From Candidatus Wolfebacteria bacterium GW2011_GWB1_47_1 (lineage in GTDB: Bacteria; Patescibacteriota; Minisyncoccia; UBA6257; UBA9933): a stretch of DNA of 42,479 nucleotides. The number at the start of each line of letters is the position of its first letter. The stretch's first letter is position 1. A program made the position numbers and the translations under genes. The notes below the pieces were generated by a model. That model searched no databases. It saw only the letters and a program-made list of their open reading frames with translations, and had not been told where the DNA came from. The stretch is taken from the NCBI GenBank assembly GCA_001029635.1, contig CP011209.1, positions 941,969 to 984,447 on the forward strand. The letters are read 5' to 3'. Shown here piece after piece: positions 10,369 to 19,157 of the stretch.

Positions 10369-11658
10369 TTAAATTATCCGTATCTTCCCATATTCGCCGT
10401 CATAGCCAGGGGCAATCTTCACCTTCCCCTTTCGCATCTGTATAATCCCGCGCACGATCTCTTTATCCGCATGTTCCAGTAGTTTCTTTTCTGCACATTC
10501 CAAAAGAATTCCTATCTCCGTTCCACATCCTTTAATCAGTCTTTCATATACTACCCGCACCTTCTTTGTCTTTATTCCAACTTCTAGCGTATCAGCAATG
10601 ATCTCGTCTAATTGGACGATGCTATAGAATGGAGTCCTTCCCTCCTGTGTACATAAATTTCCTTTGCGCTTCGCACTACTTTTTATATCCGCGAGTATTT
10701 CGACCCGATTTAACACTCCTACCGTAACCGGTTTTCCGCAGGCCGGACAGATACCCTTCTGCTTCTTTGTCTCTTTCGGCGTCATCGATACACCGCATGC
10801 CTGGTGGCCATCATGATGATATTTACCTTCTTCGGGGAAGAATTCAAGGGTTGCGACTATTCGATCGGTAGTGAATCCCCGCCTCCGCGGGGATGACAAA
10901 AATACGGGGCTGCTATTTTTAATGGCATTCCTAATTCCCTCGTACGATAGTTCCGCGTCGAAGATGGTTGCCTCGCGCCCTATCTTCTGTGGGCTGTGCG
11001 AATCCGAATTCGATATCATCGCCACACCATCAAGCCCCGACAATCGCCAATTCATCGCCGGGTCGCTCGAAAGCCCGGTCTCTGCCGCAATAATCTTATC
11101 GGCGTATTCGCCAAAACATTCCTTAATCGAGTCAAATCCCGACATCGATCCTAGCATGCCAAACCATGGAGTCCATAGATGAGCCGGGATGATCATTGCC
11201 GTTGGCTCGATATCAAAAATGATCTTCGCTAAGTCTTCTGAATCGATACCTAGGATTGGTCGGCCATCGGATACAATATTCCCCCGCTTCCCTAGTTCAT
11301 CATTGAGCTTCTTCGCACTCTCGATCGATGGCAATAAAATTATATTATGCACGCGCCGCGTTTTTCCTCCTCGCGAGTAAATACTCGAGATCTCCCCAGA
11401 AATAACAAATCGCGTTTCGGCATACGTATCCCAGATCGTCTTTCGCTGATGCTTTTTCTTTAGCCGAAACAACCCCTCCTCAGCCGACTCCAATTTACCG
11501 GATAACTCCTTGAACCACTGCGGGTGCGTACAATCGCCTGTGCCTATAACACGTATCCCTTTCTCTGCCGCAACCTTGTCGATCTCCTCGAGGACCATAT
11601 CCTTACTCGTCGCCCGACTGTATTTGGAATGCATATGCAGATCGGCAATGAATTTCAT
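10369..11658 (-). CDS. PHP-domain protein resembling the endonuclease Q / TIGR00375 family, with a Zn-finger
   Basis: Start chosen at MKFIADLHMHSKYSRATS, a PHP-type His motif. Later motifs are NSDSHSP and a Cys cluster (CGV..CPACG). The family assignment is from memory of motifs only. Confidence 0.5.
   Translation of the reverse strand: MKFIADLHMHSKYSRATSKDMVLEEIDKVAAEKGIRVIGTGDCTHPQWFKELSGKLESAEEGLFRLKKKHQRKTIWDTYAETRFVISGEISSIYSRGGKTRRVHNIILLPSIESAKKLNDELGKRGNIVSDGRPILGIDSEDLAKIIFDIEPTAMIIPAHLWTPWFGMLGSMSGFDSIKECFGEYADKIIAAETGLSSDPAMNWRLSGLDGVAMISNSDSHSPQKIGREATIFDAELSYEGIRNAIKNSSPVFLSSPRRRGFTTDRIVATLEFFPEEGKYHHDGHQACGVSMTPKETKKQKGICPACGKPVTVGVLNRVEILADIKSSAKRKGNLCTQEGRTPFYSIVQLDEIIADTLEVGIKTKKVRVVYERLIKGCGTEIGILLECAEKKLLEHADKEIVRGIIQMRKGKVKIAPGYDGEYGKIRII
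10873..10897. repeat. A GTCATYC-type hairpin repeat lying inside the EndoQ-like ORF and kept in frame
   Basis: gaatccccgcctccgcggggatgac matches the intergenic copy at 31853-31877 at 22 of 25 positions. Two of the three differences are a compensatory pair in the stem. It encodes ..SSPRRRGF.. Confidence 0.7.
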
Positions 11659-11732
11659 ATTTGACATCATAACGCCAACCAATAACTTCCACAACAAAGA
11701 CCCCTTGCGGGGTCTTTGTTTTCCTGTCCATC

Positions 11733-12797
11733 TTATACCTCTTTACTCTCTTCTTTTGATTCTTTTTCCTTGCTCTCGAGCGCTTTGATCGCAGCTGCGA
11801 TAGCAACGTTTGTCTTTTTGCGGATGTCCTCCACCAGCTTCTTGTTTGCCTTCAAGGTATCACGGGCCGCTTCGACACCTACGCCGAGCTTCTCCCCTTC
11901 GAAGCTATAGGTATTCCCATTTTTTGCGATCGTACCCAGCTTCAGGCCCATCGTCATAATATCACCTTCGTACGAAATACCTTCCCCGTACATAATATCA
12001 AATTCCGTATTTTTAAACGGAGGAGCAACCTTGTTCTTAACCACCTTCACCGTCACGCGATTACCGATTACATCCTCACCCTTCTTGATCTGCGCATTGC
12101 GGCGGATATCAAGACGCACCGATGAATAGAATTTCAGCGCACGCCCACCTGGGGTCGTTTCCGGGCTTCCAAACATCACGCCGATCTTTTCACGGATCTG
12201 GTTAATAAAGATGATCAGCACCTGCTTGCGGTCGGCCAATGCAACTAACTTACGCAATGCCTGACCCATCAAGCGAGCCTGTAGGCCCATAAACTGCGCC
12301 CCCATCTCTCCTTCGATTTCTGCTCGTGGCGTAAGTGCCGCCACCGAGTCGACAATAATAATATCGAGGATCCCCGACTGTACCAAGCTTTCCAAAATGT
12401 TCAGCGCTTCTTCCCCACTATCCGGCTGAGAAATCAGCAAATCGGTCACCTTCACTCCGAGCTTCTTTGCATATTCCGGGTCGAGCGCATGCTCTGCATC
12501 GATAAACGCAGCCCTCCCACCCTTCTTTTGCGCTTCGGCGATCGCATGTAGCGCAAGCGTCGTCTTGCCCGAACTTTCCGGCCCGTAAATCTCAACGATG
12601 CGTCCCTTTGGGTATCCACCTACTCCCAACGCAATATCCAACGAAAAGGAACCCGATGGAATAACATCTACTGCAACCTTTCGCACATCATTAAGACGCA
12701 TGATCGCGCCGTCGCCAAACTTCCCCTGCATGGACTCGAGCAATTGATCGATATCCTTCACCTCGCCTTCTGATTGTTTTTGTTTTTTTGCAGCCAT
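11733..12797 (-). CDS. recA: Recombinase RecA
   Basis: Start taken at MAAKKQKQ (12797). Walker [16 protein letters not shown] and typical RecA core ([28 protein letters not shown]). Confidence 0.95.
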   Translation of the reverse strand: MAAKKQKQSEGEVKDIDQLLESMQGKFGDGAIMRLNDVRKVAVDVIPSGSFSLDIALGVGGYPKGRIVEIYGPESSGKTTLALHAIAEAQKKGGRAAFIDAEHALDPEYAKKLGVKVTDLLISQPDSGEEALNILESLVQSGILDIIIVDSVAALTPRAEIEGEMGAQFMGLQARLMGQALRKLVALADRKQVLIIFINQIREKIGVMFGSPETTPGGRALKFYSSVRLDIRRNAQIKKGEDVIGNRVTVKVVKNKVAPPFKNTEFDIMYGEGISYEGDIMTMGLKLGTIAKNGNTYSFEGEKLGVGVEAARDTLKANKKLVEDIRKKTNVAIAAAIKALESKEKESKEESKEV

Positions 12798-12930
12798 GGT
12801 ATTTGTAATAGGGCGTGCACGTTTCGGTGAAATGCAAGGCGCGGGGAAATTGACGAAGGAGATGTACGCGTAGTACTTCGACTGAGTCAATGGGGACCCG
12901 CAACACCGCAGTTCGCCAAACGAGTATGTC

Positions 12931-13584
12931 CTATTGTTGGTAGATTATTTGTTTAACTATAGTCGTTTCCTTTCCCAATAAACGCTTCACCTTAAACTCG
13001 ACACTGTTAATCCCCGGCTCAAGCGAAAATTCTTTTTCAAAATAGCCACTCGTGTCGATCGTGACATCTTCGTTGTTGATAATCAACCGGTCTGACGGAT
13101 CGATCCTCCCCCGCAGGTCGATCGACGATTCATAGGTCACGATACTGTCTTCTGCGGGATTTTTAATATCGATCTCCCCCGTTCCCAATAGTGCTTTCAT
13201 CCATACGGCACCCGCAATAGCAACGATTACCAAGATTGCAATCGTTGCTATCTTACCCCGATTTACTCGTTTGAATGCAAACCGATTCGACGGCAGCGTA
13301 TCACCCTCTCCTGATGTCTTGAGCTCGAGCTGCTTTTTATATGCCTGCCAAAGAATCTGCCCTTCAAGCCCCAGCGCTCCGGCAATCCTAATCAGGTACC
13401 CGCGCACATACGGTGCCGGCGGCAATCCCTTATGTTCTCCTCCAAGGAGCATAACCACATATCGCTCAGGGATATCCGTCATCTCCGCAAGGCGCGCTAT
13501 CGACAGTTTCTTTTCGCGCAATGCATCTTCTACCAATTCCTTAACTGTCATTATTCGTTCGTTCTCTTCCATATCATTCTCCAT
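12931..13584 (-). CDS. RodZ-like HTH / transmembrane protein
   Basis: N-terminal HTH ([17 protein letters not shown]), the YVRGYL motif, one TM helix and an extracytoplasmic C-domain. Its start overlaps the ftsK stop by 11 nt. Confidence 0.5.
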   Translation of the reverse strand: MENDMEENERIMTVKELVEDALREKKLSIARLAEMTDIPERYVVMLLGGEHKGLPPAPYVRGYLIRIAGALGLEGQILWQAYKKQLELKTSGEGDTLPSNRFAFKRVNRGKIATIAILVIVAIAGAVWMKALLGTGEIDIKNPAEDSIVTYESSIDLRGRIDPSDRLIINNEDVTIDTSGYFEKEFSLEPGINSVEFKVKRLLGKETTIVKQIIYQQ

Positions 13585-15754
13585 CTTTTAGAAATACTTC
13601 CCGAGGATTCGCGCCTTTCGACGGGCCGATGATCCCTTTTTCTTCCATAATATCGAGCAACCGTGCCGCGCGCGCATACCCAACCTTCAGGCGACGCTGC
13701 AACAGCGATGCCGACGCCTTCTCCGCCTGCACCACTACCTCGATTGCCTGCTCAAGCAATTCATCTTCACTATCGCCTCCGGAAAATGCATCAAACAAAC
13801 CATCTCCCGCACCTCCTTCGTCAGATGCTACCGGCTTCGCGTCGAATGAAACCTCTTCACCTATTATATCCTTATTCTGTTCCCTGATAAACTGCGCAAC
13901 CTTTTGTATCTCTTCTTCCGATACGAATGCGCCCTGAATACGCTTTGGTTTTTCTCCCGCTGCTACCAACATATCTCCACCTCCGAGCAGCTTTTCGGCA
14001 CCCGACATATCCAATATGGTTCGTGAATCGATCTGGCTCGCAACCTGCAACGCGATGCGCGCTGGAATGTTCGCCTTGATCAATCCAGTAACAACTTCCA
14101 CTGAAGGACGCTGTGTCGATAGTATCAAATGGATCCCTGTTGCACGCGCCATCTGCGCCAACCGCACGATCGATCCTTCGACTTCCTTTCCGTAGGTACT
14201 CATCAAATCCGCAAGCTCGTCAACAACGATTACCACATAGGGTAATGCTTCCTTTGGGTTCTTTTTATTGTAACTTGCCAGATCGCGTGATCCCGCACGC
14301 TCGAACAGCTCATATCGCTTGTCCATTTCATTCAGCGCCCAACGGAATACACCCATGGACTTCTTCGACTGTGTCACTACCGGCGCGATCAAATGCGGGA
14401 TACCCGAGTAAACCGATAGCTCCACGCGCTTCGGATCAATCATGATCAACTTAAGCGTCCTGGGAGAATTCTTGTAGAGCAATGAGAGAATGATCGAGTG
14501 GATTGTTACCGATTTTCCCGATCCGGTACTTCCCGCAACGAGCAAGTGCGGCATCTTCGCAATATTTGCGAACATCGGCTCGCCCGTCACGTCGCGGCCG
14601 ACTGCAAAACTCAGCTGCCCGCTTTCGGCGAATTCCGGATAGTTAATAAGACTACCCAAACGCACCACGGCAGCGGCCTTGTTCGGAACTTCGATGCCCA
14701 CTAATGATTTCCCCGGGATTGGCGCTTCGATGCGGATCGGATGCGCGGCAAGTGCAAGCGCAAGATCCTGGTTTAATGCGGTGATGCGCGATAGTTTCAC
14801 ACCCTCTGCAGGCTTTAATGTAAATCGGGTAACCTTCGGACCAACGTTAATCTCACCCATCTCCACCATAATGCCAAAGCTCTCCAGGGTGCGTTTGATG
14901 ATGTTTGCATTTGCACGCAAATCTCCCGATGTCGGTTTTTCAACTGATGAACGTAATAGATCGAGCGGTGGAAACACGTAGTCCTTGTCATCCTGCATAA
15001 CAATTGGCTCTTCCTTCTTCGGCTTACCCGTCATTGCTGCGGCGATTTTTTCTTTAATCGTCGGTTCAACAGTCACTAACTCCTCTTCTTCCGGTTCTTC
15101 GGCAAGTTCGTCCGCAACCTCTCCTTCTTCTTCCGGTTCTTCAATCTCCGCAGGCTCTTCCTCTCTGACCTCTTCAACCACCCAGTCCTTTCCCCTCTTC
15201 TTTATCTTGATCGGCAAATTAAGCGTCACTAAAAATGAAACTGTAAGCATGATTATGATCACAATAATCGCAGCCGTGTATCCAAATAGGGATTCCAACG
15301 CTCCAACCATCTTTCCCATCAACCCCCCATTACCCGGAGAAAGAACGTCGATCAATCCCAAGCCAGATAACACAAACAATCCCGCCCCAAAAAAGGTTAC
15401 CCCATATACCTTCCTCCTCTCTGACGTCAAAAACACACCGCCAATCACTACAAGGATCAGTGGCAGGAGATAATATCCCCAGCCAAACAAACTGCGAAAA
15501 ATATCGTATAAGAAGTTCCCCGCAGGTCCGGCGTTCTGAAACCCCGCCAAGAGCAGTATCAATGCCACTCCAAACAGGATGACCGCCCAAATACTCTTTT
15601 TTGTCTCCGGATGAAGTCTGAGTTCGGGCAAAAAGCCCCCTAATCCCTCATCGGTCTCTTCGATTACTTCTTTCGGCTTGCGCCCTCTCTTTTTCGGTTC
15701 TGTTACCGCTGGTTTTGCGGGTTTTCTCCCTTTCGTTTTCGCCATTGGCTCCAT
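13574..15754 (-). CDS. ftsK: DNA translocase FtsK/SpoIIIE
   Basis: N-terminal TM helices, an acidic linker, Walker A GSTGSGKS, a C-terminal winged-helix gamma domain (LLQRRLKVGYARAARL) and a TGA stop. Confidence 0.9.
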   Translation of the reverse strand: MEPMAKTKGRKPAKPAVTEPKKRGRKPKEVIEETDEGLGGFLPELRLHPETKKSIWAVILFGVALILLLAGFQNAGPAGNFLYDIFRSLFGWGYYLLPLILVVIGGVFLTSERRKVYGVTFFGAGLFVLSGLGLIDVLSPGNGGLMGKMVGALESLFGYTAAIIVIIIMLTVSFLVTLNLPIKIKKRGKDWVVEEVREEEPAEIEEPEEEGEVADELAEEPEEEELVTVEPTIKEKIAAAMTGKPKKEEPIVMQDDKDYVFPPLDLLRSSVEKPTSGDLRANANIIKRTLESFGIMVEMGEINVGPKVTRFTLKPAEGVKLSRITALNQDLALALAAHPIRIEAPIPGKSLVGIEVPNKAAAVVRLGSLINYPEFAESGQLSFAVGRDVTGEPMFANIAKMPHLLVAGSTGSGKSVTIHSIILSLLYKNSPRTLKLIMIDPKRVELSVYSGIPHLIAPVVTQSKKSMGVFRWALNEMDKRYELFERAGSRDLASYNKKNPKEALPYVVIVVDELADLMSTYGKEVEGSIVRLAQMARATGIHLILSTQRPSVEVVTGLIKANIPARIALQVASQIDSRTILDMSGAEKLLGGGDMLVAAGEKPKRIQGAFVSEEEIQKVAQFIREQNKDIIGEEVSFDAKPVASDEGGAGDGLFDAFSGGDSEDELLEQAIEVVVQAEKASASLLQRRLKVGYARAARLLDIMEEKGIIGPSKGANPREVFLKDGE

Positions 15755-15868
15755 TGTAGCACCAATATTAGGGTTAGTTCAAATGATCATTCTTGCCCCT
15801 TCATCATTCTTTATGTTATTTTATATGCAGCAACCTTCATCGTCTCGTTACCCCCAAGGAGGAACTCC

Positions 15869-16159
15869 ATGTCGGAAGCAATCCAACCATGCCCACAGCA
15901 GGATATCTGTCCCTGCCCGCCTAGCCCTTCGTGCACCGCCGAGGCATTCACGACCTGCGGCATGGCCAACAGTATCGAGTATATCACTGCACTTCTTGCA
16001 CGCCCCTACTATCTTCGCATGAACTTTTGCAAACGTGCGGCATTTCTCACCGATCATTTCAAGGTGTTTATCGATGAGGAGGAAGCGAGTTACACAGCCA
16101 CCCAGGTCTGTGCCATTATCAAGTCACGCCTCTATCTGACATCCAAAACCACCCCCTAG
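15869..16159 (+). CDS. Small hypothetical protein (96 aa, Cys/Pro-rich N-terminus), forming a self-contained cassette
   Basis: AAGGAGG at 15856-15862, 6 nt before the ATG. Its own terminator is at 16175-16199. No recognisable family. Confidence 0.5.
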   Translation: MSEAIQPCPQQDICPCPPSPSCTAEAFTTCGMANSIEYITALLARPYYLRMNFCKRAAFLTDHFKVFIDEEEASYTATQVCAIIKSRLYLTSKTTP

Positions 16160-16174
16160 CTTCCTTCTTCATCC

Positions 16175-16199
16175 GCCGACCCTCTGAGGTCGGCTTTTT
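16175..16199 (+). terminator. Intrinsic terminator
   Basis: gccgacc-ctctga-ggtcggc followed by ttttt. Confidence 0.75.
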
Positions 16200-16288
16200 C
16201 TCGTTGACTTTTTCTTGAGTTGGGTGTTGAATATAATTCCGCAGTTTTACAAATTCATCTGGCGCAAATTGCCAAAGGAGCACTGCAT

Positions 16289-16552
16289 ATGTACCATACG
16301 TACTTCACACAAACGATACCCGTCAGTAAACCCTCGTTCTTGGACAACGCACTTGTTCAGCATTTTTCGCAAGAGGTCGAAACCTACGCTCTGGTCACCG
16401 GATGCTATCCACTCGCTGAACCCTGGTACAGCGGCCACCGGGTTGCCATTCTCGGATCTGGCGTTATGACCCATGCGCAACTCGCCGCATTCGAGGATGA
16501 ACTCCATACGCGCATCCAGCAGGATCTCATCCCTCTCTGCGCAGCAGTGTGA
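16289..16552 (+). CDS. Small hypothetical protein (87 aa), forming a self-contained cassette
   Basis: Start chosen at ATG 16289, which has AAGGAG at 16275-16280 with 8-nt spacing. The track ORF begins upstream at 16220. TGA stop, and its own terminator. Confidence 0.45.
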   Translation: MYHTYFTQTIPVSKPSFLDNALVQHFSQEVETYALVTGCYPLAEPWYSGHRVAILGSGVMTHAQLAAFEDELHTRIQQDLIPLCAAV

Positions 16553-16563
16553 CCACTACCACC

Positions 16564-16589
16564 AGCCGGCACTTCGCCGGCTTTTTTTT
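16564..16589 (+). terminator. Intrinsic terminator
   Basis: agccggc-acttc-gccggct followed by a T8 run. Confidence 0.8.
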
Positions 16590-16605
16590 CATTTCAAAAT
16601 TCCGT

Positions 16606-17319
16606 ATGCTATCGATAATGACTAGACCAAAGAATAAATCCTATATCATCGGTATCGATGAAGTCGGTCGTGGACCCCTTGCCGGCCCAGTCGTCGTATG
16701 CGCCGTTGCGATCCCCTACTCCTGCACACCCACCTCTATTCTCAAACATCTTCCTCTGCGTGATTCAAAAAAACTTACTCCTACGGCTCGGGCACTTTGG
16801 GCTACCGCAATCGCGCACGACTCGCGCATATTCCACTCGATCGCATCAACGTCACCTAGCACCATCGACCGTATCAATATCACACAAGCAACCAATCGCG
16901 CCGCGACCCGCGCGCTTACAAAACTGCTCGCCACACTCCCCTCCCCGTCACGCGTTGCTGTGTTTTTGGATGGGGGACTATTTGTAAACCCCCAGAATTC
17001 GAAATTTGAAATTCGAAATTTGAAAAGTAACACGAAACAAAAATATCGATCTCGATTTCATAATTCAAAAGCCGATACACATATCGATTTAAAAATCGAA
17101 ACGGTTATTAAGGGGGATGAAACCATCCCCGCGATCTCGCTTGCTTCCATCGTTGCCAAAGAACATCGCGACACACGTATGCGACGCGCACATAAAAAAT
17201 ATCCATATTATGGATTTGATCGACACGTAGGATACGGGACAAAAATGCATCTCGCCGCAATACGAGAGAATGGACACAGCCCGCTGCATCGCAAAAGTTT
17301 TTTGAAAAAAATTTACTAG
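16606..17319 (+). CDS. rnhB: Ribonuclease HII, with an AT-rich in-frame insertion
   Basis: Start taken at ATG 16606, because the upstream part of the track ORF overlaps the preceding terminator. GIDEVGRGPLAGPVV, VIKGDE..ASIVAK..RD, YGFDRHVGYGT and H..SF. Confidence 0.85.
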   Translation: MLSIMTRPKNKSYIIGIDEVGRGPLAGPVVVCAVAIPYSCTPTSILKHLPLRDSKKLTPTARALWATAIAHDSRIFHSIASTSPSTIDRINITQATNRAATRALTKLLATLPSPSRVAVFLDGGLFVNPQNSKFEIRNLKSNTKQKYRSRFHNSKADTHIDLKIETVIKGDETIPAISLASIVAKEHRDTRMRRAHKKYPYYGFDRHVGYGTKMHLAAIRENGHSPLHRKSFLKKIY

Positions 17320-17400
17320 ATTGGCATTCCTGCAAAAATAGGCATCTACATCTATATATAGATTCCTTCCTTCGCAGAAATGACAATAGTCAAAAGAAAA

Positions 17401-17421
17401 ACCCTCATCCGAAGATGGGGT
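17401..17421. terminator. Hairpin with a strong T-run on the minus strand and a weaker one on the plus strand
   Basis: accctcatcc-gaa-gatggggt. The minus-strand reading is followed by tttttcttttg. Confidence 0.5.
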
Positions 17422-17824
17422 TTATCGATTGCCGATGAATCGGCTAACTGTAAAACGAAGGTGCTTGTCATCTACCAGAGGTAGGCGACCAAATGGTGTT
17501 TGTCATGAGGGGCAAGTGTTCTCCCTACGACGAAACGATAATGATACGCGAGCGCATCAGTTGTTATAAAACTATCACGAGGGTAATAGGAAGGAAAGAG
17601 AAATTAGAGAAGTGAGACTAACGATATAAATTGTAGACAGGATGGTTGAATGTGCAGGTAACGATCGCGCACAAGTGATCAGTTCGTGTGAATCATTACA
17701 GATAATGGCAAACGATGCATTCAGTTACCACCGTTATACCTCCTGCGGAAACGCCTCCCTTTTTCCTCTATGAAGTTTTATACTTTTATTATATAGTTCT
17801 TGAGAAATATACGCAACATCAATT

Positions 17825-18748
17825 GTGGATAACTCTACCGCCAAACCAAAACTCATAGCCGTTGTCGGCCCTACTGCCTCAGGAAAGTCAGACCTCGCGG
17901 TCTCTATTGCGCGCTTCATCAAGCAACAAACGCTCGCATCTGGTGCCGAAGTTATCTCGGCCGATTCGCGGCAGGTATATACCGGACTCGACATTGGCTC
18001 AGGGAAGATCACAAAAAAGGAGATGCGCAGTATCCCGCACCATCTCCTTGATGTCGCATCACCGAAGCGTACCTTTACCGTAACCCGCTATCAGCGCCTT
18101 GCGAAAAAAGCCATCGCATCGATCGTACGACGAGGGCGCGTTCCTATTCTCTGTGGCGGCACCGGATTATATATCGATGCGGTAACGCGCGATTATATTC
18201 TTCCCGATGTTCCTCCGCAGCCTGCGCTTCGCAAAGAGCTCGAACTCCGATCAACCGACACACTTGTTGCGCAACTCACGCGCATCGATCCGCAGCGCGC
18301 CGCTACGATCGACCAGTACAATCGTCGTCGTCTTATCCGCGCACTTGAGATCGTACTCACTACCCACTCCCCTGTTCCTCCGATTACATCGTCGTCACCG
18401 TATGATCTTCTTACGATCGGTATCGCGCGACCGAACGAACAACTTCGTTCACTCATCGAAGCGCGCCTCCATCGACGCATCAAGAGTGGCATGCTCAAGG
18501 AAGTCGCACGACTTCATGAGCATGGTGTCAGCTGGAACCGACTCGACGGACTTGGCCTTGAGTATCGGTGGGTCAGTCGCCATCTGCGCGGCATACTCAC
18601 CCGCGAGGCTATGATCGAGACACTTACCACGGAGATCGTGCAGTATGCCAAACGACAGATGACCTGGTTCAAGCGCGATCCATCCATCCATTGGATCACA
18701 ACCGAAGCTGAAGCTCTTGTACTTGTAAAAAAATTTCTTGAAAAATAA
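17825..18748 (+). CDS. miaA: tRNA dimethylallyltransferase MiaA (GTG start)
   Basis: P-loop VVGPTASGKS, the ISADSRQVY..LDIGSGK motif and the expected length. Confidence 0.9.
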   Translation: MDNSTAKPKLIAVVGPTASGKSDLAVSIARFIKQQTLASGAEVISADSRQVYTGLDIGSGKITKKEMRSIPHHLLDVASPKRTFTVTRYQRLAKKAIASIVRRGRVPILCGGTGLYIDAVTRDYILPDVPPQPALRKELELRSTDTLVAQLTRIDPQRAATIDQYNRRRLIRALEIVLTTHSPVPPITSSSPYDLLTIGIARPNEQLRSLIEARLHRRIKSGMLKEVARLHEHGVSWNRLDGLGLEYRWVSRHLRGILTREAMIETLTTEIVQYAKRQMTWFKRDPSIHWITTEAEALVLVKKFLEK

Positions 18749-18786
18749 TGTATAAAAAATCACCAGCCCAGGGCTGGTAATTTTTT

Positions 18787-19146
18787 TCATGCTCGACCGG
18801 CCTTCCCGTGATGCATGATGCCGCTCTTTATTTTTTCGATCTCTCTTTTTTTATGCTCGATCTGCGCTTCCGTTGCTTGCGAACTTTTCCCACTGAACAA
18901 TTCGCGTGCAAGTTTTTCCTGCAACAAGTGCAACGACATCTCTTCGGTCTTGATGCGATGCTGTGCGCCAGCGATGTCCGGCTTCTTTAGTGCCTCTGTC
19001 TTGCTTTTGATAATTCCTTTTTGCTCCACGACGATCAGCGGTTCAACTTCCATGGCGTCGATCTCTTCAATCGTCATTTCACGCTTCATGTACTCATTGA
19101 GCTTTTCATCCTTTCCATATCCGGGAACGTGTGGTTTCTGTTCCAT
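18787..19146 (-). CDS. Hypothetical protein (119 aa, charged)
   Basis: An ORF directly downstream of gatB on the same strand. No recognisable motif. Confidence 0.4.
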   Translation of the reverse strand: MEQKPHVPGYGKDEKLNEYMKREMTIEEIDAMEVEPLIVVEQKGIIKSKTEALKKPDIAGAQHRIKTEEMSLHLLQEKLARELFSGKSSQATEAQIEHKKREIEKIKSGIMHHGKAGRA

Positions 19147-19157
19147 GATTGCTTTTA

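Noticed and set aside
9744-15754. Possible UGA recoding (genetic code 25 or 4), as seen in some candidate phyla
   Set aside because: All conserved genes here read through without in-frame TGA. TGA is used as the stop of ftsK (13574) and of the M50 protease (9744) at positions consistent with normal protein ends.
17387-17800. Calling this gap RNase P RNA, tmRNA, SRP RNA or 6S RNA
   Set aside because: There is only a loose GAGGAAA-like match. I found no P4 partner strand, no tmRNA T-arm, CCA end or ..LAA-stop tag, and no SRP GGAA/AGCA domain IV motif. I kept it as an unassigned candidate.
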